A stretch of 61,809 bases of DNA from Candidatus Eiseniibacteriota bacterium (lineage in GTDB: Bacteria > Eisenbacteria > RBG-16-71-46 > SZUA-252). The notes beneath the pieces are model-generated. The model ran no database searches and was not told the origin of the DNA. It worked only from the letters and a program-made list of their open reading frames with translations. The position numbers and the translations under genes are program-made. The stretch is from positions 1 through 61,809 of the forward strand of contig JBGPMG010000001.1 of the NCBI GenBank assembly GCA_041486815.1, in the 5' to 3' direction. Below are positions 16,638 through 25,308 of the stretch, piece by piece (the first letter of the stretch is position 1; each line of letters starts with the position of its first letter).

Positions 16638-17797
16638 GACACGGCGGACGCCAGGGCGTTCAGCAGGCGGTCAATGTCTTCCTGGCTGTTGTGGAGGTGG
16701 GGAGAGATGCGAAGAGATGTCCCGCGCACGCTGGTAATGACCTTCGCCTCTGCAAGCGCCGCTGTGGCGCGTTGGACCGCGGTTGGCGGGAGCTCGAGGC
16801 CGAGCATATGGGGAGCGCGCATGTTCGGGGGAGGGACGGTCAGTCCCAACGCCCCGGCACGGGACGCGATCTCGTTCGTCCGCGTCTGGAGGGTCGCCGC
16901 GATGCGAGGGACCGTCCAATCGAGGATCTGCTGGACCGACGCCAGCGCCATCGGTGTGAGGTGAAAGTTCGTGCGCTGGCCCATGTCGAAGCGGCGCGCA
17001 CCCGGCAGATACTCGTCGTGGTAGTCGACCAGCTGGGTGAAGTCGTCGGCGCCTGCCCTCACGATCCAGCATTCCTCCAGGGGCTCGCCATGGTGTAGGG
17101 AGGGATCGAGGTAAAGAAAACCGAGGCTGAACGGCCCGAGCAGCCACTTATAGCCTACCGTCACCACGGCGTCGGGCCGGAGCGCCGCCACATCGAGCGG
17201 CATGGCGCCTAGCGACTGGCTCGCATCGATGATGAACGCCGAGCCGGCCTCTCGCAAGGCAATCGCCACGCGCTCGAGGTCAACGAGGGCGCCGTTCGTC
17301 CAGTGCACGTTGGGGACCGATGCAATGGCCACCCGCTCATCGAGGGCATCCACGATTGCGTCCGTCCAGCTCTGCCCAGGCTGCCGCCCGACCACGAGCA
17401 GCTCCGCGCCGGTCCGTTGAGCGAAGCGCTGCCAGGTGTAATAGTTCGAAGGGAATTCCTGGTCGAGCACGAGGACGCGGTCGCCGGGTCCGGCTTTCAG
17501 ATTGTGCGCCACTACCGAAAGCCCATAGCTGGTCGCGGGCACCAGCGCGACATCGTCCGTGGTTGCGCCGATGAGCCGCGCGAAGCGTGAGCGGAGCTCC
17601 TCGACTTCCGTGAACCAATCCGGAGCGGAGATCGTCCACGGGTTGGCGCGCCGGTCGAGTGCCCGCTCCCCAGCGGCGCGTGTGGCTCGCAAGAGTGGCG
17701 AGAGTGTGGAGGTGTTGAAGTAGGCGACCTCATCGTCGACGACGAACTTCGCCCGCTGGTTGGGGAGGAGCTGGCTCCGGTCTAGCGTCTCGGCCAC
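16634..17797 (-). CDS. class V aminotransferase / cysteine-desulfurase-like PLP enzyme
   Basis: Track ORF 16634..18280 trimmed to GTG 17797 (VAETLDRSQLL), because the upstream gene ends at 17805. AYFNTSTLSP..VALVPATSYG..IDASQSLGAMPLDV..VGYKWLLGP contains the PLP-lysine context. Confidence 0.85.
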   Translation of the reverse strand: MAETLDRSQLLPNQRAKFVVDDEVAYFNTSTLSPLLRATRAAGERALDRRANPWTISAPDWFTEVEELRSRFARLIGATTDDVALVPATSYGLSVVAHNLKAGPGDRVLVLDQEFPSNYYTWQRFAQRTGAELLVVGRQPGQSWTDAIVDALDERVAIASVPNVHWTNGALVDLERVAIALREAGSAFIIDASQSLGAMPLDVAALRPDAVVTVGYKWLLGPFSLGFLYLDPSLHHGEPLEECWIVRAGADDFTQLVDYHDEYLPGARRFDMGQRTNFHLTPMALASVQQILDWTVPRIAATLQTRTNEIASRAGALGLTVPPPNMRAPHMLGLELPPTAVQRATAALAEAKVITSVRGTSLRISPHLHNSQEDIDRLLNALASAVS

Positions 17798-17804
17798 GCG
17801 GGTA

Positions 17805-18524
17805 TTATCGCATCTTGACCTCTTCCGCGTATTTGTCGTGTTTCCGCACCCAGTCCATAGGGCTCGACTCATTCCGACCCTTCGGCGTGAGATCGAGATA
17901 GTTATAGGTCCCGAGCAGCAGATCGACGCCGCGAGCGTAGGTGGAATATGTGTGGTAGATGTCCCCGGCTTCGTCCTTGTAGAAGACGCTGAGTCCCTCT
18001 TTTTCACCCTCGCTCTTGGATTCACGCGGTTCGAAGTTGTAATACGTCGTGGCGCCCTTCGGGAACGAGACGTGGTAGTCGAAGTTGAAGTCGGTCCCGC
18101 TCGACGACAGCCATGGGAATCGCCACCCCATGCGCTGCTTGTAGGCTTGGAGCTTGGGCAGGGGTGCTCTCGAAATCGCGACCAACGCCACATCGTGATG
18201 GGGGAGGTGTAGGAGCGGCCCGTCGAGGTGGTCCACCACGAACGAGCAGCCCGTGCAACCCTCTTCCCATTCTGGAGCAAACATGAAGTGGTAGACGATC
18301 AGCTGGCTTCGATCCCCGAAGAGATCGGCGAGGGACTTCTGGCCGTCCGGTCCGTCGAAGACATAGCGCTTGTCTACCAGGACCCAGGGCAGCTCCCGGC
18401 GCTCGGCGCTTAACTGATCGCGGAGCCGGGAGAACTCCTTCTCCTTGCTTAGGTGACGCCTGCGGGCGATAAGCCATTCCTCACGCGACACCACCTTGGG
18501 ACGATCTATCGTGCTCTTCGTCAT
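17805..18524 (-). CDS. DUF899 thioredoxin-fold protein
   Basis: 239-aa ORF: SREEWLIARRRHLSKEKEFSRLRDQLSAERRELPWV..LIVYHFMFAPEWEEGCTGCSF..MGWRFPWLSS is the characteristic DUF899 pattern. Confidence 0.85.
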   Translation of the reverse strand: MTKSTIDRPKVVSREEWLIARRRHLSKEKEFSRLRDQLSAERRELPWVLVDKRYVFDGPDGQKSLADLFGDRSQLIVYHFMFAPEWEEGCTGCSFVVDHLDGPLLHLPHHDVALVAISRAPLPKLQAYKQRMGWRFPWLSSSGTDFNFDYHVSFPKGATTYYNFEPRESKSEGEKEGLSVFYKDEAGDIYHTYSTYARGVDLLLGTYNYLDLTPKGRNESSPMDWVRKHDKYAEEVKMR

Positions 18525-18683
18525 GATGACTTCTCCTTGGAAGTGGGTTGAGTCGTCCCTTTTCTTGGCGCCGGCTCCCGTCTAAGCCGTTTCGCGACCA
18601 GCGCGGCAAGGCCGCCCGTAGAGGTCGCCCCCGCGACGAGCAGCGCGGTAGATGCAATGCACGCGGGACACATGTGCTCGCCC

Positions 18684-19184
18684 TCAGGCCTTGGGGCGCG
18701 ATTTTTGGCTCGCGCTCTCTGCAGCCTTCCGGACCCGCTCGAGCAGCTCCGTCCACCCGCCTTGCATTCCGGTTCGGTAGTCGTCCGGAATGGGTCCCAT
18801 CATGTTGTGCTTCATAGTGACAAGGGTTCCTCCGCCCACCGGAGCGAGGCGATACTGGAGATTGGAGACCACCGCGAAGGACATGAAGAGCGGCCCGGTG
18901 ATCTCGAGAAGCGTGGGGCGCTTGATTGCCTGCACGTGGCCCCAAAAATGCCCGTTGTCCTCACCCAGGTCTCGGTACCACCGTCCGCCGGGACGGGCCT
19001 CGATCTTCATGGGCATGGGACCGTCCTCCGTCCGATTTTGCGGCCCCATCTCCTCGAGCAGCGCGGCGAACGTCGCTTCGGGCGGTGCGTTGACGCGGAT
19101 TTCTTGGGTGATGCTGAAGGTGAGATCGTTCGCGGTCGTTGCGGGCAGTACCATTGGTTCCTCCTTCGCTTGATTGCGGGCCAT
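18684..19184 (-). CDS. SRPBCC / AHSA1-domain protein
   Basis: 166-aa ORF: ITQEIRVNAPPEATFAALLEE..GGRWYRDLGEDNGHFWGHVQAIKRPTLLE. It sits immediately downstream of the ArsR gene, a common pairing. Confidence 0.85.
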   Translation of the reverse strand: MARNQAKEEPMVLPATTANDLTFSITQEIRVNAPPEATFAALLEEMGPQNRTEDGPMPMKIEARPGGRWYRDLGEDNGHFWGHVQAIKRPTLLEITGPLFMSFAVVSNLQYRLAPVGGGTLVTMKHNMMGPIPDDYRTGMQGGWTELLERVRKAAESASQKSRPKA

Positions 19185-19198
19185 GGTGAGAGAGAACT

Positions 19199-19573
19199 CT
19201 ATCGACTCGATTTCTTCGGCTTGTCTGGCTGATCGCCGCCGCCGGGCGCCGACCGAAACGTCGCCTCGGCGCGCGCCTTGATTCGGTGGAGCTGCTGATG
19301 CCAGTAGCGCTCAAACGCCCCAGACCACTCGTGCATAGGTCTGATCGCATCCGCGTTGGTACGGTACAGCATGCGTCGGCCGTCGCGACGCACCCGGACG
19401 AGATCCACTTCGCGCAGCACGCGCAGATGCTTCGAGACCGACGGCTGCGCCAATCGAAGGGCGGTTACGATGTCGCCGACGGGGCGCTCCGCGACCGCCA
19501 GGAAGTCGAGGATGGCCCGTCGGCGCGGCTCCGCGACGGCGTGGAACGCGTCGGAACCAGGGGCACGTGTCAT
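19199..19573 (-). CDS. ArsR/SmtB family transcriptional regulator
   Basis: 124-aa ORF: FHAVAEPRRRAILDFLAVAERPVGDIVTALRLAQPSVSKHLRVLREVDLVRVRRDGRRMLY (winged HTH). Confidence 0.9.
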   Translation of the reverse strand: MTRAPGSDAFHAVAEPRRRAILDFLAVAERPVGDIVTALRLAQPSVSKHLRVLREVDLVRVRRDGRRMLYRTNADAIRPMHEWSGAFERYWHQQLHRIKARAEATFRSAPGGGDQPDKPKKSSR

Positions 19574-19589
19574 GTCAGGATCATATGCC

Positions 19590-19603
19590 CATATTGGAAT
19601 ATG
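19590..19603. promoter_or_regulatory. AT-rich palindrome CATATT-GG-AATATG in the arsR upstream/divergent region
   Basis: 6-bp perfect arms, preceded by CATATG at 19582-19587. It lies 17 nt upstream of the arsR start. Candidate ArsR-type operator by position only. Confidence 0.35.
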
Positions 19604-19711
19604 TCAAGTACCAAAATCGATGTGCTATAGTTGAGGTGACGCGAGGCATGGGGCCCGCGTCTTGATGACCCGCCGGGCGTTACCGAACCCCGGCGAGAGG
19701 AGGAACAACCT

Positions 19712-20167
19712 ATGTGCCGTCCCGCCGTGTACGCGGCGCGCGCCCACTGTGGTCCCCGCTTCTGGGGCGCGAGCCAACCCTTCGCTCACTTCGAGCACCA
19801 CCATTTCCCAGGCTTTTCGCACATGCCCGGCCTAGGCGTCCGCCGGCCGCTCCGCTTTCTGGCATGGAAGCTCCAGCTCGACGAGCCGCAGGTGAAGCAG
19901 CTGGCCGTGATTCTGGATCAGTTGAAGATCGAGCGGGCGCAGGCGGAGGTCGATGACCGCCGCGCGGTGAGCCTGCTGGCGGAAGCCGCCGAAGGCGAGG
20001 CATTCGATCGCGCCAAGGCGGACGAAGCCGGAGCGCTTCGGGCCAGGAGCGCCGAGCGCGTTCAGCAGAAGGTGGTTGAGTCCGTGGGGCGCCTCCACGC
20101 GCTCTTGAACCCCGACCAACGGGCGAAGCTCGCCTATCTGCTCCGGACGGGTAGCTTGCTGATGTAG
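19712..20167 (+). CDS. Spy/CpxP/ZraP-like helical protein with a His-rich N-terminus
   Basis: ATG 19712 follows GAGAGGAGG. HFEHHHFPGFSH, then LDEPQVKQLAVILDQLKIERAQ..LNPDQRAKLAYLL (LTxxQ-like repeats). There is no obvious signal peptide. Confidence 0.5.
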   Translation: MCRPAVYAARAHCGPRFWGASQPFAHFEHHHFPGFSHMPGLGVRRPLRFLAWKLQLDEPQVKQLAVILDQLKIERAQAEVDDRRAVSLLAEAAEGEAFDRAKADEAGALRARSAERVQQKVVESVGRLHALLNPDQRAKLAYLLRTGSLLM

Positions 20168-20275
20168 GGAAGTAGTTGATCGGAATGAAGCGGGCCGGGG
20201 CGATTGTCCCGGCCCGCTCTGCGTTCGGGGGCGCTCGGTGCGGCCCGCCGCGCCAAGCGCCGGCGCCTCTGGAGA

Positions 20276-21406
20276 ATGCCATATACTATCGCGATGACCG
20301 CGCTCGCAGCCGCGTTCGGCATCTTCCTCATTGCGATCCTCCTGTGGGACGCCTACGAGACCATCCTGCTCCCGCGCCGACTCCCGGGAGACATCCGCGT
20401 GTCGCGCCTGGTGCTTAGGAGCCTCTGGGGAGCGTGGACCAGGCTCGGTCGAAGGATCCGCGCCCGAAACCAGAGGGAGCTGTTCCTCAGCTTCTACGCG
20501 CAGCTATCGCTCATTATGCTCTTCGGTGTCTGGGCGGCGGGGCTGATCCTGGGTTTCGCACTGCTGCACTGGGCGGCCGGATCGCATCTCGCCGCGCCCG
20601 GCGGGCTCGCCGGCCTCGGCAAAGACCTGTACATGAGCGGGACCACGTTCTTCACGCTGGGACTGGGCGACGTCGTCCCGATGACGCATTTCGCGAGGCT
20701 TCTGACTGTCCTGGAGGCCGGAATCGGTTTCGGCTTCCTCGCCCTTGTGATCGCCTACGTGCCGGTTCTCTACCAGTTCTTCTCACGGAGGGAGGCCCGG
20801 ATCACCATGCTGGACGAGTGGGCGGGATCGCCGCCGGCCGCCGGCCTTATCTTGAAGCGCGCGTTCGAGAGCGAAAATCCGAAAGGCGAGCTGGATCGGC
20901 TATTTCGAGACTGGGAGCTGACGGCTGCCGAGATCCTCGAGAGCCACCTCTCGTATCCGACCTTGGCTTTCTTCCGGTCGCAGCACGACAACCAGTCGTG
21001 GTTGGCCTCCCTCAGCTCCATCCTGGACGCCTCTGCCCTGGCGGGCGCGTGGGTGGAGGGAATCGACTCGTTTCAGGCGCGGCTCACTTTCGCGATTTGC
21101 CGTCATACCCTCGTGGATGTAAGTCAGGTATTTCGACTGCGCCCGCGGATTGAGGAGAACGAGGGAGGCGGGTCGGACCGGATAGCGGGATTGCGCGCTT
21201 GGCTCGAGGCGGCCGGGGTACCGATGGAGCAAGGGCCTGAGGCCGAAGCCCGGTTCAGGGATTTGCACCGACTGTATGCGCCATACCTCGTGGCCCTCTC
21301 CGAGTACTTACTCATGCCGCTTCCGGATTGGCGGCCGCCGGAAAAGGCACGATACAACTGGCGCACCACCGCCACCTCGCCCTCGGTGCACGACGGAGCA
21401 CACTAG
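20276..21406 (+). CDS. ion-channel (two-TM pore-domain) protein with a non-canonical filter
   Basis: Track ORF 20204..21406; I prefer ATG 20276 (MPYTIAMTALAAAFGIFLIAILLW). The pore-helix/filter segment is YMSGTTFFTLGLGDVVP, compared with TVGYGD in K+ channels. A cytoplasmic domain of about 200 aa of unknown type follows. Confidence 0.65.
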   Translation: MPYTIAMTALAAAFGIFLIAILLWDAYETILLPRRLPGDIRVSRLVLRSLWGAWTRLGRRIRARNQRELFLSFYAQLSLIMLFGVWAAGLILGFALLHWAAGSHLAAPGGLAGLGKDLYMSGTTFFTLGLGDVVPMTHFARLLTVLEAGIGFGFLALVIAYVPVLYQFFSRREARITMLDEWAGSPPAAGLILKRAFESENPKGELDRLFRDWELTAAEILESHLSYPTLAFFRSQHDNQSWLASLSSILDASALAGAWVEGIDSFQARLTFAICRHTLVDVSQVFRLRPRIEENEGGGSDRIAGLRAWLEAAGVPMEQGPEAEARFRDLHRLYAPYLVALSEYLLMPLPDWRPPEKARYNWRTTATSPSVHDGAH

Positions 21407-21548
21407 CGGCTTGAAGGAGAGAATTTTCGGAAGCGGGGTGTACTAGGGGGCACTCGGTGGTCACGAAGGGCGGCCCCTATGCGGGCTGCGTGGCCGCCAA
21501 AAATCAGGGGGTCTGAAGGGGGCCCCCGCTGACGTGGGGGAGTGAATC

Positions 21549-22541
21549 ATGAATCCTTCGAGATCAACCCCGGCGCGATATCTCCAATCCCTCAATGTCG
21601 TTATCTGCGTCCTCGCTGTCTCTCTCTCAGGTTGCTCGAAGTCCTCGCCTTTGGAACCCCTCGCGAAGGGAGCAGCGGCGTCCGCCGGCAATCAGACGCC
21701 GGCTGCCGCGGCATCCGGCTACGGATCAAGCTCTTTCTACCCCCTTGGCATCGGAAACACGTGGACCTACGAGGGCGGAGGTTCGATTCGAGCTATCTCG
21801 GGCGGCGATGGATCGCCGGGCCAGGACTTCAGCTATGCCTTCACCGAGGTTCACCGGCTCATAGGGACGACCCATCACGAAGGAACGGCCTACGTCGTCG
21901 AGGAAGAGGTCCATCAGGAGATCCCCGAGAGCCCCTACGGCCCGGTAACTTTTTGGGACCGCCTTCGGCAGGACCCTCAAGGCCTCTTCTCGTTGGATAC
22001 GCTCTTGCAGGAACCGCCGGCGATGGATCCAAACGGGATCATCGCCGCGGCGGCTTCACCCCGCATGGGTCACGCCTTCGGCGTTGATGTCGCGGGCATG
22101 CGCCGCGAGGGCGTCTCGCAGGCGTCCATCGAACGCTTTGCAGCTCGCGTCGAGATGTTCCGGGAAGCCGCACACGGCATCGCCCGCCGCGGGGACGCGT
22201 CTCCTCCATCGGGATTGGAGCTCAAGCGACTGGTCTATCCATTGCACCCTGGATTGAATTGGAGCATACGGTCTGACTTTCCCTGGCCGGTTCGAGTGGG
22301 GAAGATGGAGGCTCTGGACACGCCCGCGGGGAAGTTCTCGGCATTCCGGATCGACGTAAATCCGTTCGGCAATCTAATACAAGAGGGTGAGTGGATACGT
22401 ATTTGGTATTCGCGAGAGGGATTCCTGGGCTATTCGATTCACACATTTCTTGAGGGAACGAATGAGGATGGGGAGCCGACGGGAATCACGTACGTAGCTG
22501 ACGAGACGATGAAGGTCACGTCCATGCATATCGAGCGGTGA
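21549..22541 (+). CDS. lipoprotein of unknown function
   Basis: 330-aa ORF. ATG follows GGGGGAG. The signal and lipobox are VICVLAVSLSGC. Confidence 0.7.
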   Translation: MNPSRSTPARYLQSLNVVICVLAVSLSGCSKSSPLEPLAKGAAASAGNQTPAAAASGYGSSSFYPLGIGNTWTYEGGGSIRAISGGDGSPGQDFSYAFTEVHRLIGTTHHEGTAYVVEEEVHQEIPESPYGPVTFWDRLRQDPQGLFSLDTLLQEPPAMDPNGIIAAAASPRMGHAFGVDVAGMRREGVSQASIERFAARVEMFREAAHGIARRGDASPPSGLELKRLVYPLHPGLNWSIRSDFPWPVRVGKMEALDTPAGKFSAFRIDVNPFGNLIQEGEWIRIWYSREGFLGYSIHTFLEGTNEDGEPTGITYVADETMKVTSMHIER

Positions 22542-22795
22542 CTCGGGTCAACGAGGTCTAGCGGGCACGGAGACCGCCTGCCGTCCTGCTCTCGTGTGTA
22601 GGGCTTCCTCCTACATTGCGGGCTCCCATCGGCGGGCACGACGCCGCGGCATCGGTTGGATTGAGCCAAGATGCCCGAATGTCAGGCCCCACGCGAAATT
22701 ACGCTTCAGCCTCCGAGGCCATGCGCCGATTTTTCAAGCGGGGCGGGGGGTCTCCGCGCTCATAGAGATGCGCACCCACCAGCGGGGCTGAACCG

Positions 22796-24124
22796 ATGAC
22801 GCTAACGAAGACTCCACCCGCACGCTCCACGGACCGCAAGTCGAGGGGCGGGCGCAAGCGGCGCGCGTCCGAGTACGCAGTGCTGTCCCTCATCGAATTG
22901 AGCCAGGGGCTCACGGTCTCGGACGACATTTACCGCTCCGTGGACGTCCTGCTCCTGAACCTCATGGGCTGCCTGTGCACCTCGCGGGCAGTCTTATGGC
23001 TCGTGGCCGACGACCCATCGGATCCTCCAGTCCTCATCCGGAGCTGGGGCTTGCCCGCCAAGGAAGCCGAGGCCCTCTCTGACTCCTGTGCCCCGTCATT
23101 GTTCTCCGCCGTTCGCAGCGCTTCGGGGCCGATCCAAGGCATGAATTTGGAAGCGTCACTTCAGTCGCCAGGGGCGGCACTCTTTCGACGGGCGGGGCTC
23201 GCGGCGCTCGCGCCCGTCCAGGCGAGCGGAGCGACGATCGGCATGGTCGCGCTCGGTTCCCGCGTCGACGGTGCGGAATACGGAAGCCTCGAGCTGCAGT
23301 TCCTCCGAGCATCGCTCGGGATCGCGGGCATGGCCTTCCAGAATGGCGCCATCCACAACCGGCTGCTCGAGACCAGTAGGCGGCTCCGAGCCGCCAACGA
23401 GGAGCTGAAGCAGGTGGACCCAATGCGGTCCGAGTTTCTCGCGAACGTGAACCACGAGCTGCGGACGCCACTCTCCGTAATCGTCCCGGCACTCGAATGC
23501 GCGCGGGAAAGGGAGTTGGGCGCCGCCGAGCTGAAGCCGTTCCTCGAGAGCTCCGCAGAGCAGGCGCGGAAGCTCGTACACCTGATCGAGAACCTCCTCG
23601 CCCTCTCGGAGCTCGCTCGAGACGCGCTCTCCCTTCGGGTTGTCGGTCGGGACTTGATCTCCGTCGTGGCCTCATACCATGCGGAGAGGCTGCCCGGGGT
23701 GAGCGCGGGACTTCGCGAGTTCGTCCTCACCGTACCTTCGACTTCCGTTCGGGCTCGGTTCGACGAGCTCCGATTCCGACAGGTGCTGGACGCCCTGGTG
23801 GACAACGCGGTGAAGTTCACGCCGCCCGGAGCCCGCATCGCGCTCAGGGTCGACGCCCACACGGAGAATCGAGTCCGGTGGGTGTGCGTCCGCGTTGAGA
23901 ACAACGGCCCGGGAATCCCGTCCGACCAGCTCGGGCACTTGTTCGACCCGTTCCGGCAACTCGACGGATCCTCGACAAAACGGCACGAGGGCCTGGGCAT
24001 CGGATTGGCGATGGCTCGCGACCTTGTCGATCGAATGGGCGGGCGGCTGCTGGCATCCAGCGAGCAGGGTCGAGGGTCAATCTTCAAGATCCTGCTGCGC
24101 GCGGAAGGACCGTCCGATCGCTAG
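22796..24124 (+). CDS. cytoplasmic GAF-domain sensor histidine kinase (orphan)
   Basis: 442-aa ORF. H-box FLANVNHELRTPLSVI. N/G boxes DNAVKFTP.., ENNGPGIP, GLGIGLAMARDLV. No TM segments and no adjacent response regulator. Confidence 0.9.
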   Translation: MTLTKTPPARSTDRKSRGGRKRRASEYAVLSLIELSQGLTVSDDIYRSVDVLLLNLMGCLCTSRAVLWLVADDPSDPPVLIRSWGLPAKEAEALSDSCAPSLFSAVRSASGPIQGMNLEASLQSPGAALFRRAGLAALAPVQASGATIGMVALGSRVDGAEYGSLELQFLRASLGIAGMAFQNGAIHNRLLETSRRLRAANEELKQVDPMRSEFLANVNHELRTPLSVIVPALECARERELGAAELKPFLESSAEQARKLVHLIENLLALSELARDALSLRVVGRDLISVVASYHAERLPGVSAGLREFVLTVPSTSVRARFDELRFRQVLDALVDNAVKFTPPGARIALRVDAHTENRVRWVCVRVENNGPGIPSDQLGHLFDPFRQLDGSSTKRHEGLGIGLAMARDLVDRMGGRLLASSEQGRGSIFKILLRAEGPSDR

Positions 24125-25040
24125 GCGCCTTCTCATCGCGGGACTTCTTCTGCTGATCCCTGCCTCGGTCCCGGGTGCCGTGCATCGCCAAGTCACCTCC
24201 TCGGGCGTTGACGTGGATTTCCAGGTCGAATCCGCTATCGGCACGATTCCCGGGCACTGGGGTCTGAACGGCAAGGGATTTCGCGATCAGTTCCTGCCGG
24301 ATCCCGGATTCGGGAGCGGCGTCTACTCAGTGCCGCTCGACGTTCCGGTGACGCTCGCGTTCGATCTGGACTCGGTCAATTGCGTGCCGTGCGCGCTCGT
24401 CGTGGGTAGGGAGCACCAATCGGAGAGCGATTCCAGGCGTCGCAATGCATACAAGTGCCTGCCCGGCTTGCACGGAGGCCAGGCCTTCTTCATGGCTTCC
24501 GCGGAATCGGTGCTGGGTGCCGAAGACCCGGTCTGGGTCGAATCAAAGAAGTCATCCCCTCGATTCCCGGCGCCAGGTACCAGAGGCAAGGGCCTCTTCT
24601 TTCATGAATGGATTACCGCGAGGGAAGTCTCTCCTGGAAAACGGCTCGCCTGTGGGGCGTGGATCGAAGGAGTCTACCCACCGAAAGGTGAGTACTCCGA
24701 GGAGTACGGGGATACGATCGCCGCCGGGAGTTACGTCATCCGAGATCGGGCGATCTACTTGGTTCGAAGCGGGAATGAGTTGGAATACCTCCTTCAAGAT
24801 GCTCGGCCGGTCGAATCGGGGAGGAGCACATTCGAGTTGGCCTTTCTTCCTCCGCACTACTCCGATCTCGAGAATGTCGGCTTCTCGTACATCTATCGCG
24901 TCCCGGAAGGCTATTGGCTGAGAGTCAATTTCTCTCGCAGCATCGAAGGCGCGGGGGCGGACGAGGGGATGTTCCTTCTCGAACTGAAGAAAGACAGCCA
25001 CCGGCTCGTGGCAGGTGATACCGCCATTCGCATGTATTGA
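24117..25040 (+). CDS. secreted protein of unknown function; start codon unresolved (candidate ATC 24117; the first canonical start is GTG 24180)
   Basis: The frame of track ORF 23895..25040 overlaps the kinase up to 24124. The segment (I)ARRLLIAGLLLLIPASVPGAVHRQ is a textbook signal peptide but contains no ATG, GTG or TTG. GAAGGA lies 7 nt before ATC 24117. Confidence 0.55.
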   Translation: MARRLLIAGLLLLIPASVPGAVHRQVTSSGVDVDFQVESAIGTIPGHWGLNGKGFRDQFLPDPGFGSGVYSVPLDVPVTLAFDLDSVNCVPCALVVGREHQSESDSRRRNAYKCLPGLHGGQAFFMASAESVLGAEDPVWVESKKSSPRFPAPGTRGKGLFFHEWITAREVSPGKRLACGAWIEGVYPPKGEYSEEYGDTIAAGSYVIRDRAIYLVRSGNELEYLLQDARPVESGRSTFELAFLPPHYSDLENVGFSYIYRVPEGYWLRVNFSRSIEGAGADEGMFLLELKKDSHRLVAGDTAIRMY

Positions 25041-25075
25041 TATTCACGCGTTAGGTTCACGCGGTGCAATACGAA

Positions 25076-25106
25076 GCGCCCCAGGGGGTTGGTCCCTCTG
25101 GGGCGC
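25076..25106. repeat. conserved extragenic hairpin, copy A (GCGCCCCAGGGGG-ttggt-CCCTCTGGGGCGC)
   Basis: 13-bp stem with one G-U pair, 36 nt after the stop at 25040. It is related to the copies at 35763-35793 and 46014-46046. Confidence 0.7.
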
Positions 25107-25215
25107 AATGCGTTGGGGGGAAGCTCTTGATGTTCTCTTAACGACCGAGGCTGGCATCCTTGCACGCAATTGACGCAGCTCGGCCGTCTAATTCTGGCGA
25201 AAGGAGCCACCGACC

Positions 25216-25308
25216 ATGGATGCCCTTTGGATCGCCGTCGTCATCGTCCTCGTTCTTCTGTCGCTCGGTCTCATCGCTCTCTGCGATCAGCCGGAGTCGC
25301 ACCCATGA
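25216..25308 (+). CDS. 30-codon hydrophobic ORF upstream of, and translationally coupled to, kdpF
   Basis: Below the ORF-track size cutoff. AAGGAG (25201-25206) lies 9 nt before ATG 25216. Product: MDALWIAVVIVLVLLSLGLIALCDQPESHP. Its TGA overlaps the kdpF ATG (ATGA at 25305-25308). Confidence 0.45.
   Translation: MDALWIAVVIVLVLLSLGLIALCDQPESHP

Noticed and set aside
14510-22735. Shared 13-mer CCTCCGAGGCCAT at 14510 and 22720.
   Set aside because: A rough expectation (N squared over 4^13, both strands) gives tens of chance 13-mer matches in a window this size. There is no extended similarity around either copy.
25043-25063. Direct repeat TTCACGCG-N5-TTCACGCG upstream of the kdp operon, as a KdpE binding site.
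   Set aside because: It lies upstream of the hairpin that follows the preceding gene and about 150 nt from the kdp ribosome-binding site. The 13-bp period does not fit the 10-11-bp phasing typical of OmpR-family sites, and 8-mers recur by chance at this scale.
25150-25170. TGGCAT..TTGCA in the kdp leader, and TGGCACG at 8261, as possible sigma-54 promoters.
   Set aside because: The GG-to-GC spacing is wrong in the kdp leader (9 nt rather than 12). At 8261 no TTGC follows at the required distance. The 8261 site is better explained as a TGGCA-N3-TGCCA palindrome over a sigma-70 -35 box.
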